Shown one piece after another: positions 11,924-25,259 of a stretch of 64,000 bases of DNA. The position numbers and the translations under genes are program-made. The stretch comes from an uncultured Gammaproteobacteria bacterium (lineage in GTDB: Bacteria; Pseudomonadota; Gammaproteobacteria; UBA9214), in assembly GCA_963773065.1 (NCBI GenBank), contig CAVYZN010000027.1, positions 64,001 to 128,000 on the forward strand, in the 5' to 3' direction. The stretch's first letter is position 1. Every line of letters begins with the position of its first letter. The notes below the pieces were generated by a model, which saw only the letters and a program-made list of their open reading frames with translations, had not been told where the DNA came from and ran no database searches.

Positions 11924-12436
11924 ATGATAAACCACCTGCCGGATCGCCTCGATCTCTACGCAACGGCCGAGGTGGGGCGTGCATTGCGGGGCCGGATAAA
12001 ACTGGCCAGTCTGGATCGGGTCTTGCCGCTGCTCGAATCCCATGAAGGCGAGCTTGAGATCGTGCTCGAACTGGACAGAGACGAGGACGGGACGCGCTTC
12101 CTCGCCGGCTCCATTCAAGGCAGGTTGGTGCTGCAATGCCAGCGTTGTCTCGAACCCTTGGACTATCCCCTGGAGGTGACATTCCGGCTGGGACTCGTGC
12201 ATACCCAGGAAGAAATGCAACGCCTGTCTGATCTCTACGAACCGTTGCTCGTTAGCGGGGAACCGGCGAAACTTGCCGAGGTGATTACGGATGAGGTGAT
12301 GCTGGCTTTGCCGATCGCGCCACTGCACAGCGGCGTGAGCAAGTGCCGGCCGCCGATGACGGCTCAGCAAACAGCGGCCAGCAGCCAGCGGGAGAGCCCG
12401 TTTGCCGTGCTGGTGCAATTGAAACAGAAACAGTAA
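11924..12436 (+). CDS. yceD: DUF177/YceD family protein
   Basis: LQCQRCLEP, DEVMLALPIAPLH, SPFAVL; upstream of rpmF. Confidence 0.9.
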   Translation: MINHLPDRLDLYATAEVGRALRGRIKLASLDRVLPLLESHEGELEIVLELDRDEDGTRFLAGSIQGRLVLQCQRCLEPLDYPLEVTFRLGLVHTQEEMQRLSDLYEPLLVSGEPAKLAEVITDEVMLALPIAPLHSGVSKCRPPMTAQQTAASSQRESPFAVLVQLKQKQ

Positions 12437-12457
12437 TTCTCGAAAGGAGTAAGCAGT

Positions 12458-12637
12458 ATGGCCGTCCAGAAGAGCCGGAAAACGCCATCCACGCGTGGCA
12501 TGCGTCGTTCCCATGACAGCCTCAGTGGCCCCACGCTGTCGATTGAACCAACCACCGGCGAGACCCACCGTCGCCACCACATCAGTCCCGACGGCTATTA
12601 CCGAGGCCGCAAGGTTATCAACAAGGATCTGGACTGA
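12458..12637 (+). CDS. rpmF: 50S ribosomal protein L32 (absent from ORF track)
   Basis: Manual translation [20 protein letters not shown]...[20 protein letters not shown]; AGGAG RBS. Confidence 0.97.
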   Translation: MAVQKSRKTPSTRGMRRSHDSLSGPTLSIEPTTGETHRRHHISPDGYYRGRKVINKDLD

Positions 12638-12722
12638 TTTGAAGTGTAGCCCGGCCTTGGCAGTCCCGAGCATCACCCCGACTTGACCGGTTAACCAGCA
12701 GGCGCATTCGTCACTTCTTGCC

Positions 12723-13751
12723 ATGAGTACGGGGGTAACGATTGCGCTTGATGCAATGGGGGGCGATTTTGGCCCGGATGTGGTCGTCCCCGCCGCGCTC
12801 AGAGCGCTTGAAGAGCATGGCGACTTGAACGTGATCCTGGTGGGCGATGAGGCCGTGCTGAGAAACGCGCTCCAGCGCCACAAGGCAGCCACCCATGGCC
12901 GCGTGAGGATCCATCACGCCAGTCAAAAGGTCGAGATGGATGAAACACCCTCGCACGCGCTGCGCAACAAGAAGGATTCTTCCATGCGCGTGGCGATCGA
13001 TCTCGTAAAGAACGGCGTTGCCGGTGCCTGCGTGAGTGCCGGCAATACCGGCGCACTGATGGCCACCGCCCGGTTTGTGCTGAAGATGCTGCCGGGTATC
13101 GATCGCCCCGCCATTTGCACCGCACTTCCCACCATGACCTCGCATACCTGGATGCTGGATCTTGGGGCAAATGTCGACTGTAACGCCGAGCATCTGCTGC
13201 AGTTCGCCCTCATGGGGTCGGTGCTGGCCGGGGCGGTGGACAACAACCCCCAGCCGCGGATCGGCTTGCTGAATATCGGCGAGGAGGAAATCAAGGGCAA
13301 TGAGCAGGTCAAGGAAGCGGCGCGGTTGCTGGCCCAGAGCCCGCTCAACTACAGCGGTTATGCCGAGGGCGATGATATCTACAAGGGAAACTTCGATGTC
13401 GTAGTCTGCGACGGATTTGTCGGTAATATTTCACTGAAATCCAGCGAGGGCGTTGCCAGGATGATTGCCCATTTCATACGCCAGGAATTCACGCGCAACC
13501 TGCTGACGAAACTCGCGGCATTGTTCGCCATGCCGGTACTCAGGTCGTTTCGGGAGAAGATCGATCCGCGACGTTACAATGGCGCCAGCCTGCTGGGGCT
13601 GAAGGGCATCGTGATAAAAAGCCACGGCAGCGCCGATGTGCTTTCCTATGCCAATGCCATCAAGGTTGCCGTCGTCGAGGCGCGCGAATCCGTGCCAGAG
13701 CGGATCAGCGCCCGGCTGCAAACGTTTCTGGAGAACAGGCAGGCGTCATGA
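12723..13751 (+). CDS. plsX: Phosphate acyltransferase
   Basis: [31 protein letters not shown]. Confidence 0.97.
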   Translation: MSTGVTIALDAMGGDFGPDVVVPAALRALEEHGDLNVILVGDEAVLRNALQRHKAATHGRVRIHHASQKVEMDETPSHALRNKKDSSMRVAIDLVKNGVAGACVSAGNTGALMATARFVLKMLPGIDRPAICTALPTMTSHTWMLDLGANVDCNAEHLLQFALMGSVLAGAVDNNPQPRIGLLNIGEEEIKGNEQVKEAARLLAQSPLNYSGYAEGDDIYKGNFDVVVCDGFVGNISLKSSEGVARMIAHFIRQEFTRNLLTKLAALFAMPVLRSFREKIDPRRYNGASLLGLKGIVIKSHGSADVLSYANAIKVAVVEARESVPERISARLQTFLENRQAS

Positions 13752-14716
13752 TCTATTCCCGTATCACTGGAACCGGCGGTTATTTACCCGAGAAGGTGCT
13801 GACCAACCATGATCTCGAGAAGATCATGGATACCAGCGACGCGTGGATCCGGGATCGCACCGGGATCTACAAACGTCATATCGCCGCCGGTGACGAGACC
13901 ACCTGTGATCTCGCCGAGATCGCGGCAAACCGCGCCATGGAGGCGGCCGGTCGCACCCCCCGGCAGATCGACCTGATCGTTTTCGCCACCACGACGCCCG
14001 ACCGCGTGTTCCCGAGTACCGCGTGCCTACTGCAACAGCGGCTGGATATTCATGGGACGGCGGCCTTTGATGTACAGGCGGTGTGTACCGGTTTTATCTA
14101 CGCGCTGGGTATCGCCGACAAATTCATACGCACCGGCTCCTCGCGCTGCGCCCTGGTGGTCGGGGCGGAGACGCTGTCCCGTATCGTCGACTGGAATGAC
14201 CGCAGTACCAGCATACTGTTTGGCGATGGCGCCGGGGCGGTCGTGTTGGAGGCCAGTGATGAACCCGGCATACTCTCCACGCACCTGCATGCCGATGGCA
14301 GCTACGAGCATCTGCTGACGGTGCCGGCCGGCATCTCCTCCGGCTATGATAAGGTGCAGAGCGGGCAGGCCTATGTCCAGATGCAGGGCAACGAGGTCTT
14401 CAAGATGGCGGTGAATACGCTGGGGCGCATCGTCGATGAGACACTCGCCGCCAACAAGCTCGACAAGTCCGATGTCGACTGGCTGATTCCCCACCAGGCG
14501 AATATCCGCATCATCCAGGCCACGGCCAAGAAACTGAAAATGTCCATGGACCGGGTGGTGGTGACCGTGGATGATCACGGCAATACTTCGGCGGCCTCTG
14601 TCCCCCTGGCGCTGGATGTGGCCGTGCGCGACGGGCGTATCCAGCGTGGCGAAACCCTGCTCATGGAGGCGTTCGGTGGCGGTTTCACCTGGGGTTCGGC
14701 CTTGCTCAAGTACTAG
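13748..14716 (+). CDS. fabH: 3-oxoacyl-ACP synthase III
   Basis: AVCTGF, FGDGAGA, HQAN, GNTSAAS. Confidence 0.97.
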   Translation: MIYSRITGTGGYLPEKVLTNHDLEKIMDTSDAWIRDRTGIYKRHIAAGDETTCDLAEIAANRAMEAAGRTPRQIDLIVFATTTPDRVFPSTACLLQQRLDIHGTAAFDVQAVCTGFIYALGIADKFIRTGSSRCALVVGAETLSRIVDWNDRSTSILFGDGAGAVVLEASDEPGILSTHLHADGSYEHLLTVPAGISSGYDKVQSGQAYVQMQGNEVFKMAVNTLGRIVDETLAANKLDKSDVDWLIPHQANIRIIQATAKKLKMSMDRVVVTVDDHGNTSAASVPLALDVAVRDGRIQRGETLLMEAFGGGFTWGSALLKY

Positions 14717-14809
14717 CCCGCAATTCTCACCGGGCGGCGGCAGATCAGTAACTATGCGAGCTTTGCGCCTTTGCGGTGGACAAGCCGGTTTATCTTTTCT
14801 CTGCTGACG

Positions 14810-15764
14810 ATGAAGACATCTTTCAATAACGCCGATCAGACGCTTGCCATGGTGTTCCCGGGGCAGGGGTCCCAGTCCGTGGGCATGCTGTCCGGGCTGG
14901 CGCAGGACTTTCCGTTGGTGAGCGAGACGTATCGGGAAGCCAGCGATACCCTGGGTTATGACCTGTGGAAACTGGTCATGGAAGGCCCTGCCGAGGAACT
15001 CAATCTAGACCGACCGGACGCAGCCTGCGATGCTCGCGGCGGGTGTGGCCGTGTGGCGCATCTGGCGGGCGCAAGGCGGTAGGCATCCCGCCGTCATGGC
15101 GGGACACAGCCTGGGTGAATATACGGCGCTGGTCTGCGCCAAGGCGCTGGCGTTTACCGATGCCATAAGACTTGTGGCCGCGCGCGGCCGTTGTATGCAG
15201 GAGGCGGTCGCGGCAGGCAGCGGGGCGATGGCGGCCATACTTGGCCTGAGTGACGCGGATGTTACCGATGTCTGCGCGCGGGCGGCCGAGGGGCGCGTGG
15301 TCGCCGCCGTCAACTTCAATTCACCCGGCCAGGTGGTGATAGCCGGCGATGCCGGGGCCGTGCGGCGTGCGATCGAACTGGCAAAGGCGCGCGGCGCGAA
15401 ACGCGCCGTCCCCTTGCCGGTCAGCGTGCCGTCCCACTGCGAGCTGATGCGCCCGGCAGCAGACCGGTTTGCGGAACATCTGCAGCAGACGGTGATCAGA
15501 GCGCCGGCCATCCCGGTCATCCAGAATGCCGATGTGACGGCCCACGATGACCCGGCCGCCATCCGAGACGCGCTCAAGCGGCAGTTATACAGTCCGGTAC
15601 AGTGGATGAGAACGGTGGAATCGATGCGCGGCGCCGGCATCCAGCGTATTCTCGAGGCCGGTCCGGGCAAGGTCCTCACGGGTCTTTGCAAACGCATCGA
15701 CAAGGAACTGATTACGGCGGCGGTTTATGATCCGGACAGTCTGAACGCGGCATTGAACGCTTGA
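14810..15764 (+). CDS. fabD: Malonyl-CoA:ACP transacylase; apparent frameshift near 15005
   Basis: FPGQGSQ then GHSLGEY, VPSHC in another frame. Confidence 0.93.
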
Positions 15765-15791
15765 TGAACAGGCGCTGCTAGGGAGGCAGGC

Positions 15792-16535
15792 ATGGGATTG
15801 AATGATGAGATCGTACTGGTAACCGGCGCGAGCCGCGGTATCGGCAGGGCCATTGCGCGCGAACTGGGCGCCCGGGGAGCAACCGTCGTGGGCACGGCAA
15901 CCACCGAACAGGGCGCCCGGGGCATTCAAGAAGAGCTGTCGAAGAACGCCATTCGTGGCGCCGGCATGGTCCTGAATGTCACCAGCAGCGATTCCATAGC
16001 GGCGTTTTTCAAGACCCTGCAGGACGATTTCGGGAATCCCACGGTACTGGTTAACAATGCGGGCATTACCAGGGACAATCTTCTCATGCGCATGAAGGAG
16101 GAGGAGTGGGACCTTGTAATTCAAACCAATCTCACCTCGGTTTTCCATCTGAGCAAGGCCTGTCTGCGCGGCATGATGAAGGCGAGGCAGGGCAGGATCA
16201 TAACCATCGCCTCCGTCGTCGGGGCCACCGGCAACCCCGGGCAGGCAAATTATGCCGCAACCAAGGCGGGTGTCATCGGTTTTACCAAATCACTGGCGCG
16301 CGAAGTCGGTTCACGCGGCATCACCGTCAATGCCGTTGCCCCGGGATTCATCGATACGGATATGACGCGCGCCTTGTCCGCAGAACAACGGGAGAAATTG
16401 ATCGAGCAAATCCCGCTGGCGAGACTGGGCGATGCGAGGGATGTTGCCTGTGCGGTTGCTTTTCTCGCATCGCGCGAGGCCGGTTATATTACGGGCGAGA
16501 CGATCCATGTGAATGGCGGTATGTACATGACCTGA
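15792..16535 (+). CDS. fabG: 3-oxoacyl-ACP reductase
   Basis: TGASRGIG, NNAGITRD, YAATK. Confidence 0.97.
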   Translation: MGLNDEIVLVTGASRGIGRAIARELGARGATVVGTATTEQGARGIQEELSKNAIRGAGMVLNVTSSDSIAAFFKTLQDDFGNPTVLVNNAGITRDNLLMRMKEEEWDLVIQTNLTSVFHLSKACLRGMMKARQGRIITIASVVGATGNPGQANYAATKAGVIGFTKSLAREVGSRGITVNAVAPGFIDTDMTRALSAEQREKLIEQIPLARLGDARDVACAVAFLASREAGYITGETIHVNGGMYMT

Positions 16536-16771
16536 ATTATCAGCCGCGGCTCCGCCTTGTGCAGAATCTGATTCACACCGTCAGGATGACGATGCAAGAT
16601 GCTGTTTGATATGTACTAAATGCGTAATAGGTAGCCGTAACCGCGCCATGCGTGATTGTAACCATGCCTGTCCTCGCCACGGTGGGAGTGACTTGTATCT
16701 TGTATAAGGCATTCACTACAATACCCGCGCAGCGCATGCCGCCTTTTTTAAACACAGAGGAATAATCCGAA

Positions 16772-17008
16772 ATGAGCAACGTTGATGAACGTGTCAAGAA
16801 GATTGTTATTGAGCAACTGGGAGTCAAGGAAGAAGAGGTGACCAATGCCGCTTCTTTTGTCGATGATCTTGGCGCGGATTCTCTGGACACAGTAGAACTC
16901 GTCATGGCTCTGGAAGAGGAGTTCGAATGTGAAATTCCTGACGAGGAGGCCGAGAAAATCACCACCGTCCAGCAGGCAATTGATTACGTCAACGCCCACC
17001 TTGGTTGA
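16772..17008 (+). CDS. acpP: Acyl carrier protein
   Basis: [20 protein letters not shown]. Confidence 0.98.
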   Translation: MSNVDERVKKIVIEQLGVKEEEVTNAASFVDDLGADSLDTVELVMALEEEFECEIPDEEAEKITTVQQAIDYVNAHLG

Positions 17009-17028
17009 TCATTCCCCTATCAGATACC

Positions 17029-17066
17029 GGCCGCACCGGCCTGAACAGCGGTGCGGCCTTTTGTTT
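17029..17066 (+). terminator. Intrinsic terminator-like hairpin after acpP
   Basis: ggccgcaccg...cggtgcggcc stem followed by ttttgtttt. Confidence 0.6.
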
Positions 17067-17107
17067 TCAGCACGTATGAATTCATACAGGACACTGGCGG
17101 AAATCGG

Positions 17108-18352
17108 GTGTTGTCCAGAAGACGCGTAGTTGTCACCGGGCTGGGTATCGTTTCGCCGGTCGGTAATTCTGTCGATGACGCTTGGGCCAGCATCCTGGCG
17201 GGGAAAAGCGGTATTGGACCCCTTACCCGTTTCGACGTCTCCGCGTTCCCGGTGCGTTTCGGCGGCGAGGTCAGGGATTTCGACGTCACGAAATATATCC
17301 CCGCAAAGGATGCGCGCAAGATGGCGCCGTTCATCCACTATGGTATCGCGGCGGCGGGCCAGGCCTTTGCCGATTCCGGTCTGGTAATCGACGAAAGCAA
17401 TGCCGATCGCGCCGGCATGGCCATCGGTTCGGGTATCGGCGGACTGCCGGGAATCGAGGATGCCTATCAGGCCTATATCGATGGTGGTCCACGCAAAATT
17501 TCCCCGTTTTTCGTACCCAGCAATATCATCAACATGATCGGCGGCAACCTTTCCATCCTCCACGGCATGAAAGGACCGAATATCGCGATCGTTACCGCCT
17601 GCGCCACGTCGACCCACAATATCGGCGTCGCGGCCCGCATGATAGCCTACGGCGATGCCGACATCATGATGGCGGGGGGCGCTGAAATGACGACCTGCCC
17701 CACGGGTATCGGCGGATTCGCGGCGGCACGCGCGCTGTCGACCCGCAACGACGACCCGCAGGCCGCGAGTCGTCCATGGGATCGGGAGCGGGACGGTTTT
17801 GTGCTCAGCGACGGCGCCGGCATACTGATGCTCGAGGAGTATGAACAGGCGCGGCGGCGCGGCGCGAACATCTACGCCGAAGTGGCCGGTTTTGGCATGA
17901 GCGGTGATGCCTATCACATGACCCAGCCTGCCGTCGGGGGTGAGGGCGCGGCGCGGTGCATGCACAATGCCATCGCCGATGCGGCCATGGACAAGGCTGA
18001 CATCCACTACATCAACGCCCACGGCACCTCAACTCCCGCCGGTGATCTTGCCGAGACGCTGGCGATAAAACGGGTGTTCGGCGACTATGCCGGCAATGTG
18101 GCCGTCAGTTCCACGAAGTCGATGACCGGGCATCTGCTCGGGGCGGCGGGCGGGATCGAGGCGGTCTTCTCGGTGCTGGCGCTGCGCGACCAGGTGGCGC
18201 CGCCGACGATCAACCTGGAGCATCCCGACCCCGAGTGTAATCTGGACTATGTGCCGAATGTGGCCCGGGAGATGAAGATCGGCACCGTGATGTCGAATTC
18301 ATTCGGTTTCGGCGGAACCAACGCAACGCTGATCCTGCGCAAACCGGACTGA
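17108..18352 (+). CDS. fabF: 3-oxoacyl-ACP synthase II
   Basis: [37 protein letters not shown]. Confidence 0.97.
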   Translation: MLSRRRVVVTGLGIVSPVGNSVDDAWASILAGKSGIGPLTRFDVSAFPVRFGGEVRDFDVTKYIPAKDARKMAPFIHYGIAAAGQAFADSGLVIDESNADRAGMAIGSGIGGLPGIEDAYQAYIDGGPRKISPFFVPSNIINMIGGNLSILHGMKGPNIAIVTACATSTHNIGVAARMIAYGDADIMMAGGAEMTTCPTGIGGFAAARALSTRNDDPQAASRPWDRERDGFVLSDGAGILMLEEYEQARRRGANIYAEVAGFGMSGDAYHMTQPAVGGEGAARCMHNAIADAAMDKADIHYINAHGTSTPAGDLAETLAIKRVFGDYAGNVAVSSTKSMTGHLLGAAGGIEAVFSVLALRDQVAPPTINLEHPDPECNLDYVPNVAREMKIGTVMSNSFGFGGTNATLILRKPD

Positions 18353-18357
18353 AACCA

Positions 18358-19776
18358 GTGAAAGCCCTGTGCGACATGGGCGGCAACCTGGGCTCATCAA
18401 CCTATGCTTCCCAGCCGCGCTGCCAGGTGCGCGAGGTCAACCGGTCGTTCGATCTGGTCGAACTGCATGCGGGCAACCCGGCGCGTTATCCGCACCTTCT
18501 GCAAAGCCTGGCGCACGGGCGCTACGACCTGCTGTTCGCCTTCCCGGATGAATCGCTCAGACTCGACCCATCCGGCGCGCTGAGCGGACCCGCGGAAGCA
18601 GAACCGGCAAGCGGTGACTTTCTCGCGGCGCTTGATCGCTGGTGGTCTTCGTCATCAACTGACAATAGTGCGCCGGAAGACCTGCCTTTTACCGGCGGCT
18701 GGTTCGTCTACCTGGGCTATGAACTGGCCGCGCAGATCGAACCCCGTCTGCGTCTGCCGTGTGCCGGTGGGGTATTGCCGGTCGCTATCGCCACGCGATT
18801 CGCGACGGCGATTGTGCGTGACCATGTGAAACACACGACCGCCATCGTCGCGGAAGCCGGGCACGAGGGACGGGTCGCCGCCATCGAAAGGGACATCACC
18901 GGCCTGTCATCCGCAGATCGGCGGTATCGGGAAGGGCTGCGGCTTGAACGGCTGATCGAGGCACCCGGGGAGCACTATCTGGATGCCGTTACGCGCATCC
19001 ACCGGTACATACGCGAGGGCGACGTATTCCAGGTCAACCTCTCGCGGCCGTGGCGGATAACTGCACGGGACACGGTGGATGCGGCGGCGCTCTACAAGAA
19101 TCTGAGGCGTCACAATCCGGCGCCCTACAGCGGGATCGCCCGCTTCGGGGATGCCGCCATCATCAGCTCTTCGCCGGAGCGGCTGGTGCGGGTGCGGGGT
19201 CGAACGGTGGAGACGCGCCCGATCGCCGGGACGCGGCCCAGAGGCCGCAACAAGATAACCGATAGCGATTATTCCAGGGAATTGCTGGCGCACCCGAAGG
19301 AACGGGCCGAGCACGTCATGCTGATCGACCTGGAGCGCAATGACCTGGGACGTATTTGCATACCGGGCTCCGTGGTGGTCGATGAATTCATGGTGCTCGA
19401 ATCCTACGCGCATGTACATCATATCGTGTCGAATGTTAAAGGCGAGTTGCGCGGCGAGGTCTCCCCTGGACAGGTGTTACAAGCCGTGTTCCCGGGCGGA
19501 ACGATTACCGGCTGTCCCAAGGTGCGCTGCATGGAAATCATTGCCGAACTTGAACAGCAGCCGCGGGACGCCTATACCGGTTCCATGGGTTATATCAACC
19601 GCGACGGCAGTATGGACATGAACATCCTGATCCGCAGCATGATCGCCTCGGCCAACGGCGTGCACTTCCGTGCCGGTGCCGGCATCGTCGCGGATTCGGT
19701 TCCCGAGGCGGAACTGGCCGAAACGCGCGCCAAAGCGCTCGGTTTGCTGCATGCGCTTGGCGTTGATGATGCCTGA
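18358..19776 (+). CDS. pabB: Aminodeoxychorismate synthase component I
   Basis: GDVFQVNLS, SSPERL, PIAGTRPR, EHVMLIDLERNDLG, PGGTITGCPK. Confidence 0.85.
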   Translation: MKALCDMGGNLGSSTYASQPRCQVREVNRSFDLVELHAGNPARYPHLLQSLAHGRYDLLFAFPDESLRLDPSGALSGPAEAEPASGDFLAALDRWWSSSSTDNSAPEDLPFTGGWFVYLGYELAAQIEPRLRLPCAGGVLPVAIATRFATAIVRDHVKHTTAIVAEAGHEGRVAAIERDITGLSSADRRYREGLRLERLIEAPGEHYLDAVTRIHRYIREGDVFQVNLSRPWRITARDTVDAAALYKNLRRHNPAPYSGIARFGDAAIISSSPERLVRVRGRTVETRPIAGTRPRGRNKITDSDYSRELLAHPKERAEHVMLIDLERNDLGRICIPGSVVVDEFMVLESYAHVHHIVSNVKGELRGEVSPGQVLQAVFPGGTITGCPKVRCMEIIAELEQQPRDAYTGSMGYINRDGSMDMNILIRSMIASANGVHFRAGAGIVADSVPEAELAETRAKALGLLHALGVDDA

Positions 19777-20651
19777 TGTTCGCGGACTTGCGCCCATGAC
19801 CTCACGAGACATGCCGCGTGTCCTGATCGACGGTGAGGCGACGGATCGCATCTCGAGCCTGGACAGGGGGCTCTTGTACGGTGACGGTGTCTTTGAAACC
19901 ATCGCCGTGAAGGATGCGCGGCCGCACTTCTGGTTGCGGCACTTGGCGCGACTTCATGCCGGCTGCGAGCGTCTGGGCATTCCGTGTCCGGACGGAAACT
20001 CGGCTCCTTGAGGAATCACTGCTAATCATTGCAGGCATGAACCGGGGCGTACTCAAAATCATCGTGACCCGAGGGGCGAGAGGGCGCGGCTACCGGCCGG
20101 CGGCGAAGGTAAGCCCGACCCGGATCATCCAGTTACATCCATGGCCTGACTATCCGGATTTCTGCAGCGAGGCAGGGGTGGCGGTTCGCCTATGCCGGCA
20201 GCGCCTGGGTTGCAATCCGGCGACGGCCGGCATCAAGCACCTCAACCGTCTCGAGCAAGTCCTCGCGCGGCGGGAATGGGATGATCCCGGCATCCTGGAA
20301 GGACTGCTACTGGACGGGGATGAACGCCTGGTGGAAGGCACCATGAGCAACCTATTTCTCATCAGGGATAGTGTCTTGATGACACCCGGGCTGACCCGCT
20401 GCGGCGTGGCAGGCATCCTGCGCACGGTCGTGATGGAGCTGGCCGCAGGCTTGCCGCTGCAGGTGCAGATCAAGGCGCCTGGATTGCCTGACCTGTGGCG
20501 CGCGGATGAGGTCTTCCTGACCAACAGCGTCATCGGCATCTGGCCGGTCGTCGCGGTCGACGGCCACCCGTTTCAAAAGGGGGCGGTCACCCGGCGCCTG
20601 CAGGAACTGCTGGCGAGTCTGCCATCGGAAGGCGAGGCGTGGCTTAACTGA
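19766..20651 (+). CDS. pabC: Aminodeoxychorismate lyase; apparent frameshift near 19995
   Basis: DRGLLYGDGVFETI then GIKHLNRLEQV, EGTMSNLF, FLTNS. Confidence 0.9.
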
Positions 20652-20676
20652 AGCGTGAGCGTTATCCTCTATTCCC

Positions 20677-22370
<1,694 letters not shown>

Positions 22371-22517
22371 CGTGGGTGAACAGGACTCCCCGGTAACACC
22401 TGATGCAGGCGCACGGAGTCAATCCGCTTTCTTCTGGATGGTGGACTATGGAAACGGATGCTCACGGGAGCTGCTGTTGCAAAGCCTGAGAGATAAAGCG
22501 TAACTATTTGTTAGTAT

Positions 22518-23495
22518 ATGGATAATATGTATCCATGGCTTGAACCTTTCTGGGATCGCCTGATGGCGTCGCACAGGCAAAACCGCTTGCCGCATGCCTT
22601 GCTGCTGACCGGTCAACCAGGCATGGGCAAGGCCGTATTCGCCAATGAACTGGCGCGCTTACTCCTGTGTGAGCGCCCGGTGGCAGGCGCCGCGCCCTGC
22701 CGGGAGTGCAGCAGTTGCACGCTGTTCGCAGCCGGCAACAACCCGGATTTTTTCCGCCTCAACCCGATCGAGGACAGCAAGGTGATCAGGATCGACCAGG
22801 TCCGGGAACTCTCCGAGAGCCTGTCCCTGACCAGTCACGGCAACGGTTACAAGGTGGCCATTCTGGAACCGGCGGATGTCCTGAATATCAATGCCGCCAA
22901 CAGCTTGCTAAAGACACTTGAAGAGCCGTCCGATAACACGGTACTGGTTCTGGTCAGTGCCCATCCGGCCCGTTTGCCGGCCACGATACGCAGCCGCTGC
23001 CAGGAAGTCTGCCTCCAGGCGCCTGACCGCGACATGACCGCCCGGTGGCTGGCCACACAGTATGCCGGTCCGTCGCCGGAGGTGTATCTCGCACTGGCGA
23101 ACGGTGCGCCGCTGCAGGCGCTGCAACTGGCGCAGGCGAATGCACTGGAAGAACGCCACCAGCGTTTCCAAGCGTTGCTCGGCATCCATGCGGGTCATGA
23201 CGATCCCCTCACCGTGGCGCAGGACTGGGCCAAGGACGAGGATTTAAAGGGACTTTGCTGGATGCAGGAATGGCTCATGGACATGCTGAGAATCCGCCTC
23301 ACCGGACAGACGCGAGGGATACACAGCATCGACCTGCTGGACGGCCTGTCCGTGCTTGCGCAGCAACTGGATAGCAGGGTACTGTTCGGCCTGCTTGACA
23401 GCGTCAACCGGATGCGGAAACTTGCCGACGGCACCTTGAACCGGCAATTGATGATGGAAGATATCCTGCTCGCATGGGCGGACCGGACTTCCTAG
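22518..23495 (+). CDS. holB: DNA polymerase III subunit delta'
   Basis: YPWL, HALLL, Zn Cys cluster, AANSLLKTLEEP, TIRSRC. Confidence 0.96.
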   Translation: MDNMYPWLEPFWDRLMASHRQNRLPHALLLTGQPGMGKAVFANELARLLLCERPVAGAAPCRECSSCTLFAAGNNPDFFRLNPIEDSKVIRIDQVRELSESLSLTSHGNGYKVAILEPADVLNINAANSLLKTLEEPSDNTVLVLVSAHPARLPATIRSRCQEVCLQAPDRDMTARWLATQYAGPSPEVYLALANGAPLQALQLAQANALEERHQRFQALLGIHAGHDDPLTVAQDWAKDEDLKGLCWMQEWLMDMLRIRLTGQTRGIHSIDLLDGLSVLAQQLDSRVLFGLLDSVNRMRKLADGTLNRQLMMEDILLAWADRTS

Positions 23496-23535
23496 ACTAG
23501 GACGACACCGATCACCAGGAAAGGGTAGTAGAGAC

Positions 23536-23889
23536 ATGAACCAGGCAAGCGCACCGCGACAGGGAATTCTCTCACTCACCATCAAGGACAAGAGCGCCTT
23601 GTATGCCGCCTACATGCCGTTCGTCAAGGGCGGCGGCCTGTTTATACCGACAAAAAAGCATTACAAACTGGGTGATGAGGTTTTCATGCTGCTCACCCTG
23701 ATGGACGAGCCGGAGAAGATCCCCGTGGCCGGCAAGATCGTCTGGATTACACCCGTCGGTGCTCAGGGCAACCGTGCGGCCGGAATCGGTGTGCAGTTCA
23801 GCGACCAGGATGACGGGGCGGCCCGCAACAAGATCGAGGGTTATCTCGCCGGGACGCTGGAGTCCGACCGCCCGACCCATACCCTGTAG
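23536..23889 (+). CDS. pilZ: Type IV pilus assembly PilZ
   Basis: LSLTIKDKSALYAAYMPF...GIGVQF...PTHT; holB-pilZ-tatD synteny. Confidence 0.95.
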   Translation: MNQASAPRQGILSLTIKDKSALYAAYMPFVKGGGLFIPTKKHYKLGDEVFMLLTLMDEPEKIPVAGKIVWITPVGAQGNRAAGIGVQFSDQDDGAARNKIEGYLAGTLESDRPTHTL

Positions 23890-23954
23890 CCGCCGCGGTT
23901 GCGGTAATCCCGAAACCGACTATCATTCAGCCTCTCGTCGAGTAGAGGCTCTTC

Positions 23955-24739
23955 ATGCTGGTTGATTCCCATTGCCACCTGGATCTGCTGGACCTGCATT
24001 CCTTTTCGGGCGGGCTTGAGGGTGTGATCGATGCGGCGCGCGAACAGGGCGTCACCCACCTGCTGTGCGTATCCATCAATCTGGAGAATTACCCGCGCAT
24101 GTTGTCGCTGGTTGAACGCCTTGCAGAGGTCAGCGTTTCCGTCGGGGTGCATCCCAACGAACGGGGCGGGCACGAGCCATTAGCCGGTGAGCTAGTCGAA
24201 CTTGCCGCTCACCCCAGGGTCGTGGCCATCGGCGAGACCGGCCTGGATTACTTTCGCAGCGAGGGTGAGCTGGAGTGGCAGCGCGAGCGGTTCAGGAATC
24301 ACATCAGGGCGGCGAAACAGGCCGGAAAGCCGCTGATCGTGCATTCGCGTGATGCCAAGGAAGACACCCTGGCGATCCTGCGGGAAGAGGACGCCGGCGA
24401 GGCGGGTGGCGTCATGCATTGTTTTACCGGCGACTGGGAGATGGCCAAGCGGGCCATGGATCTGAACTTTTATATCTCCTTTTCCGGCATCGTGACCTTC
24501 AATAGCGCCCGGGAACTCATGGATGTCGCACGCCGTATGCCGGCTGGAGCGCATGCTGGTGGAAACGGACTGCCCCTACCTGGCGCCGGTGCCCCACCGC
24601 GGCAAGCCCAACCAGCCGGCCTACGTGCGTCATGTCGCGGAGCATATTGCGAACCTGCGCGGCGAATCTTTCGAGCAGCATCGCCGCGACAACGACGCGT
24701 AATTTCCTGACGCTGTTCAATCCACCCGCGCCGGTTTGA
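23955..24739 (+). CDS. TatD family DNase (YcfH type); apparent frameshifts near 24545 and 24680
   Basis: [24 protein letters not shown]; [12 protein letters not shown] in a shifted frame. Confidence 0.9.
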
Positions 24740-24840
24740 TCGTGGCGCGCGTCGTTACATCGGTGTGATGACTGAGGGCGGCGATTAGCGGGTAAGGTGC
24801 GTGCGGAAAATTCGTGCCAATACGAATATCGGTGGTGGCA

Positions 24841-25238
24841 TCAGTCCGACCGCGGCAACGGCGCGGACGGCGGTTTTCGTCCACGGCGACATAGGTCACA
24901 TCGGCCTCCGTGACCTGGATGTACTCGTCGCGGTCACCATGGCGCTCGGCATACGCCTTGACATGCACGGTCAATGACGTGTGGCCGACCCGTGTGATCT
25001 CCGCATAGCAACTGATCAGGTCGCCGACGAATACCGGGTGATGGAACTGGAAGGCATTGACCGCGACGGTGACGATACGGCCGCGGGCGCGCCGTCTGGC
25101 GATGACGCTGCCGGCGATGTCGACCTGGGACATGATCCAGCCGCCGAAGATATCGCCCGCGGCGTTGGTGTCCGCCGGGCCGGCCATGACGCGGATGGCC
25201 AGGTGCCGATCATCCGGTAAGCCCTCTGCGCTAGTCAT
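24841..25238 (-). CDS. Acyl-CoA thioesterase (hotdog fold, YciA-like); 3' end uncertain
   Basis: PADTNAAGDIFGGWIMSQVD, VFVGD, TYVAVD. Confidence 0.88.
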
Positions 25239-25259
25239 GAATCATCCGCATCGCAGCGA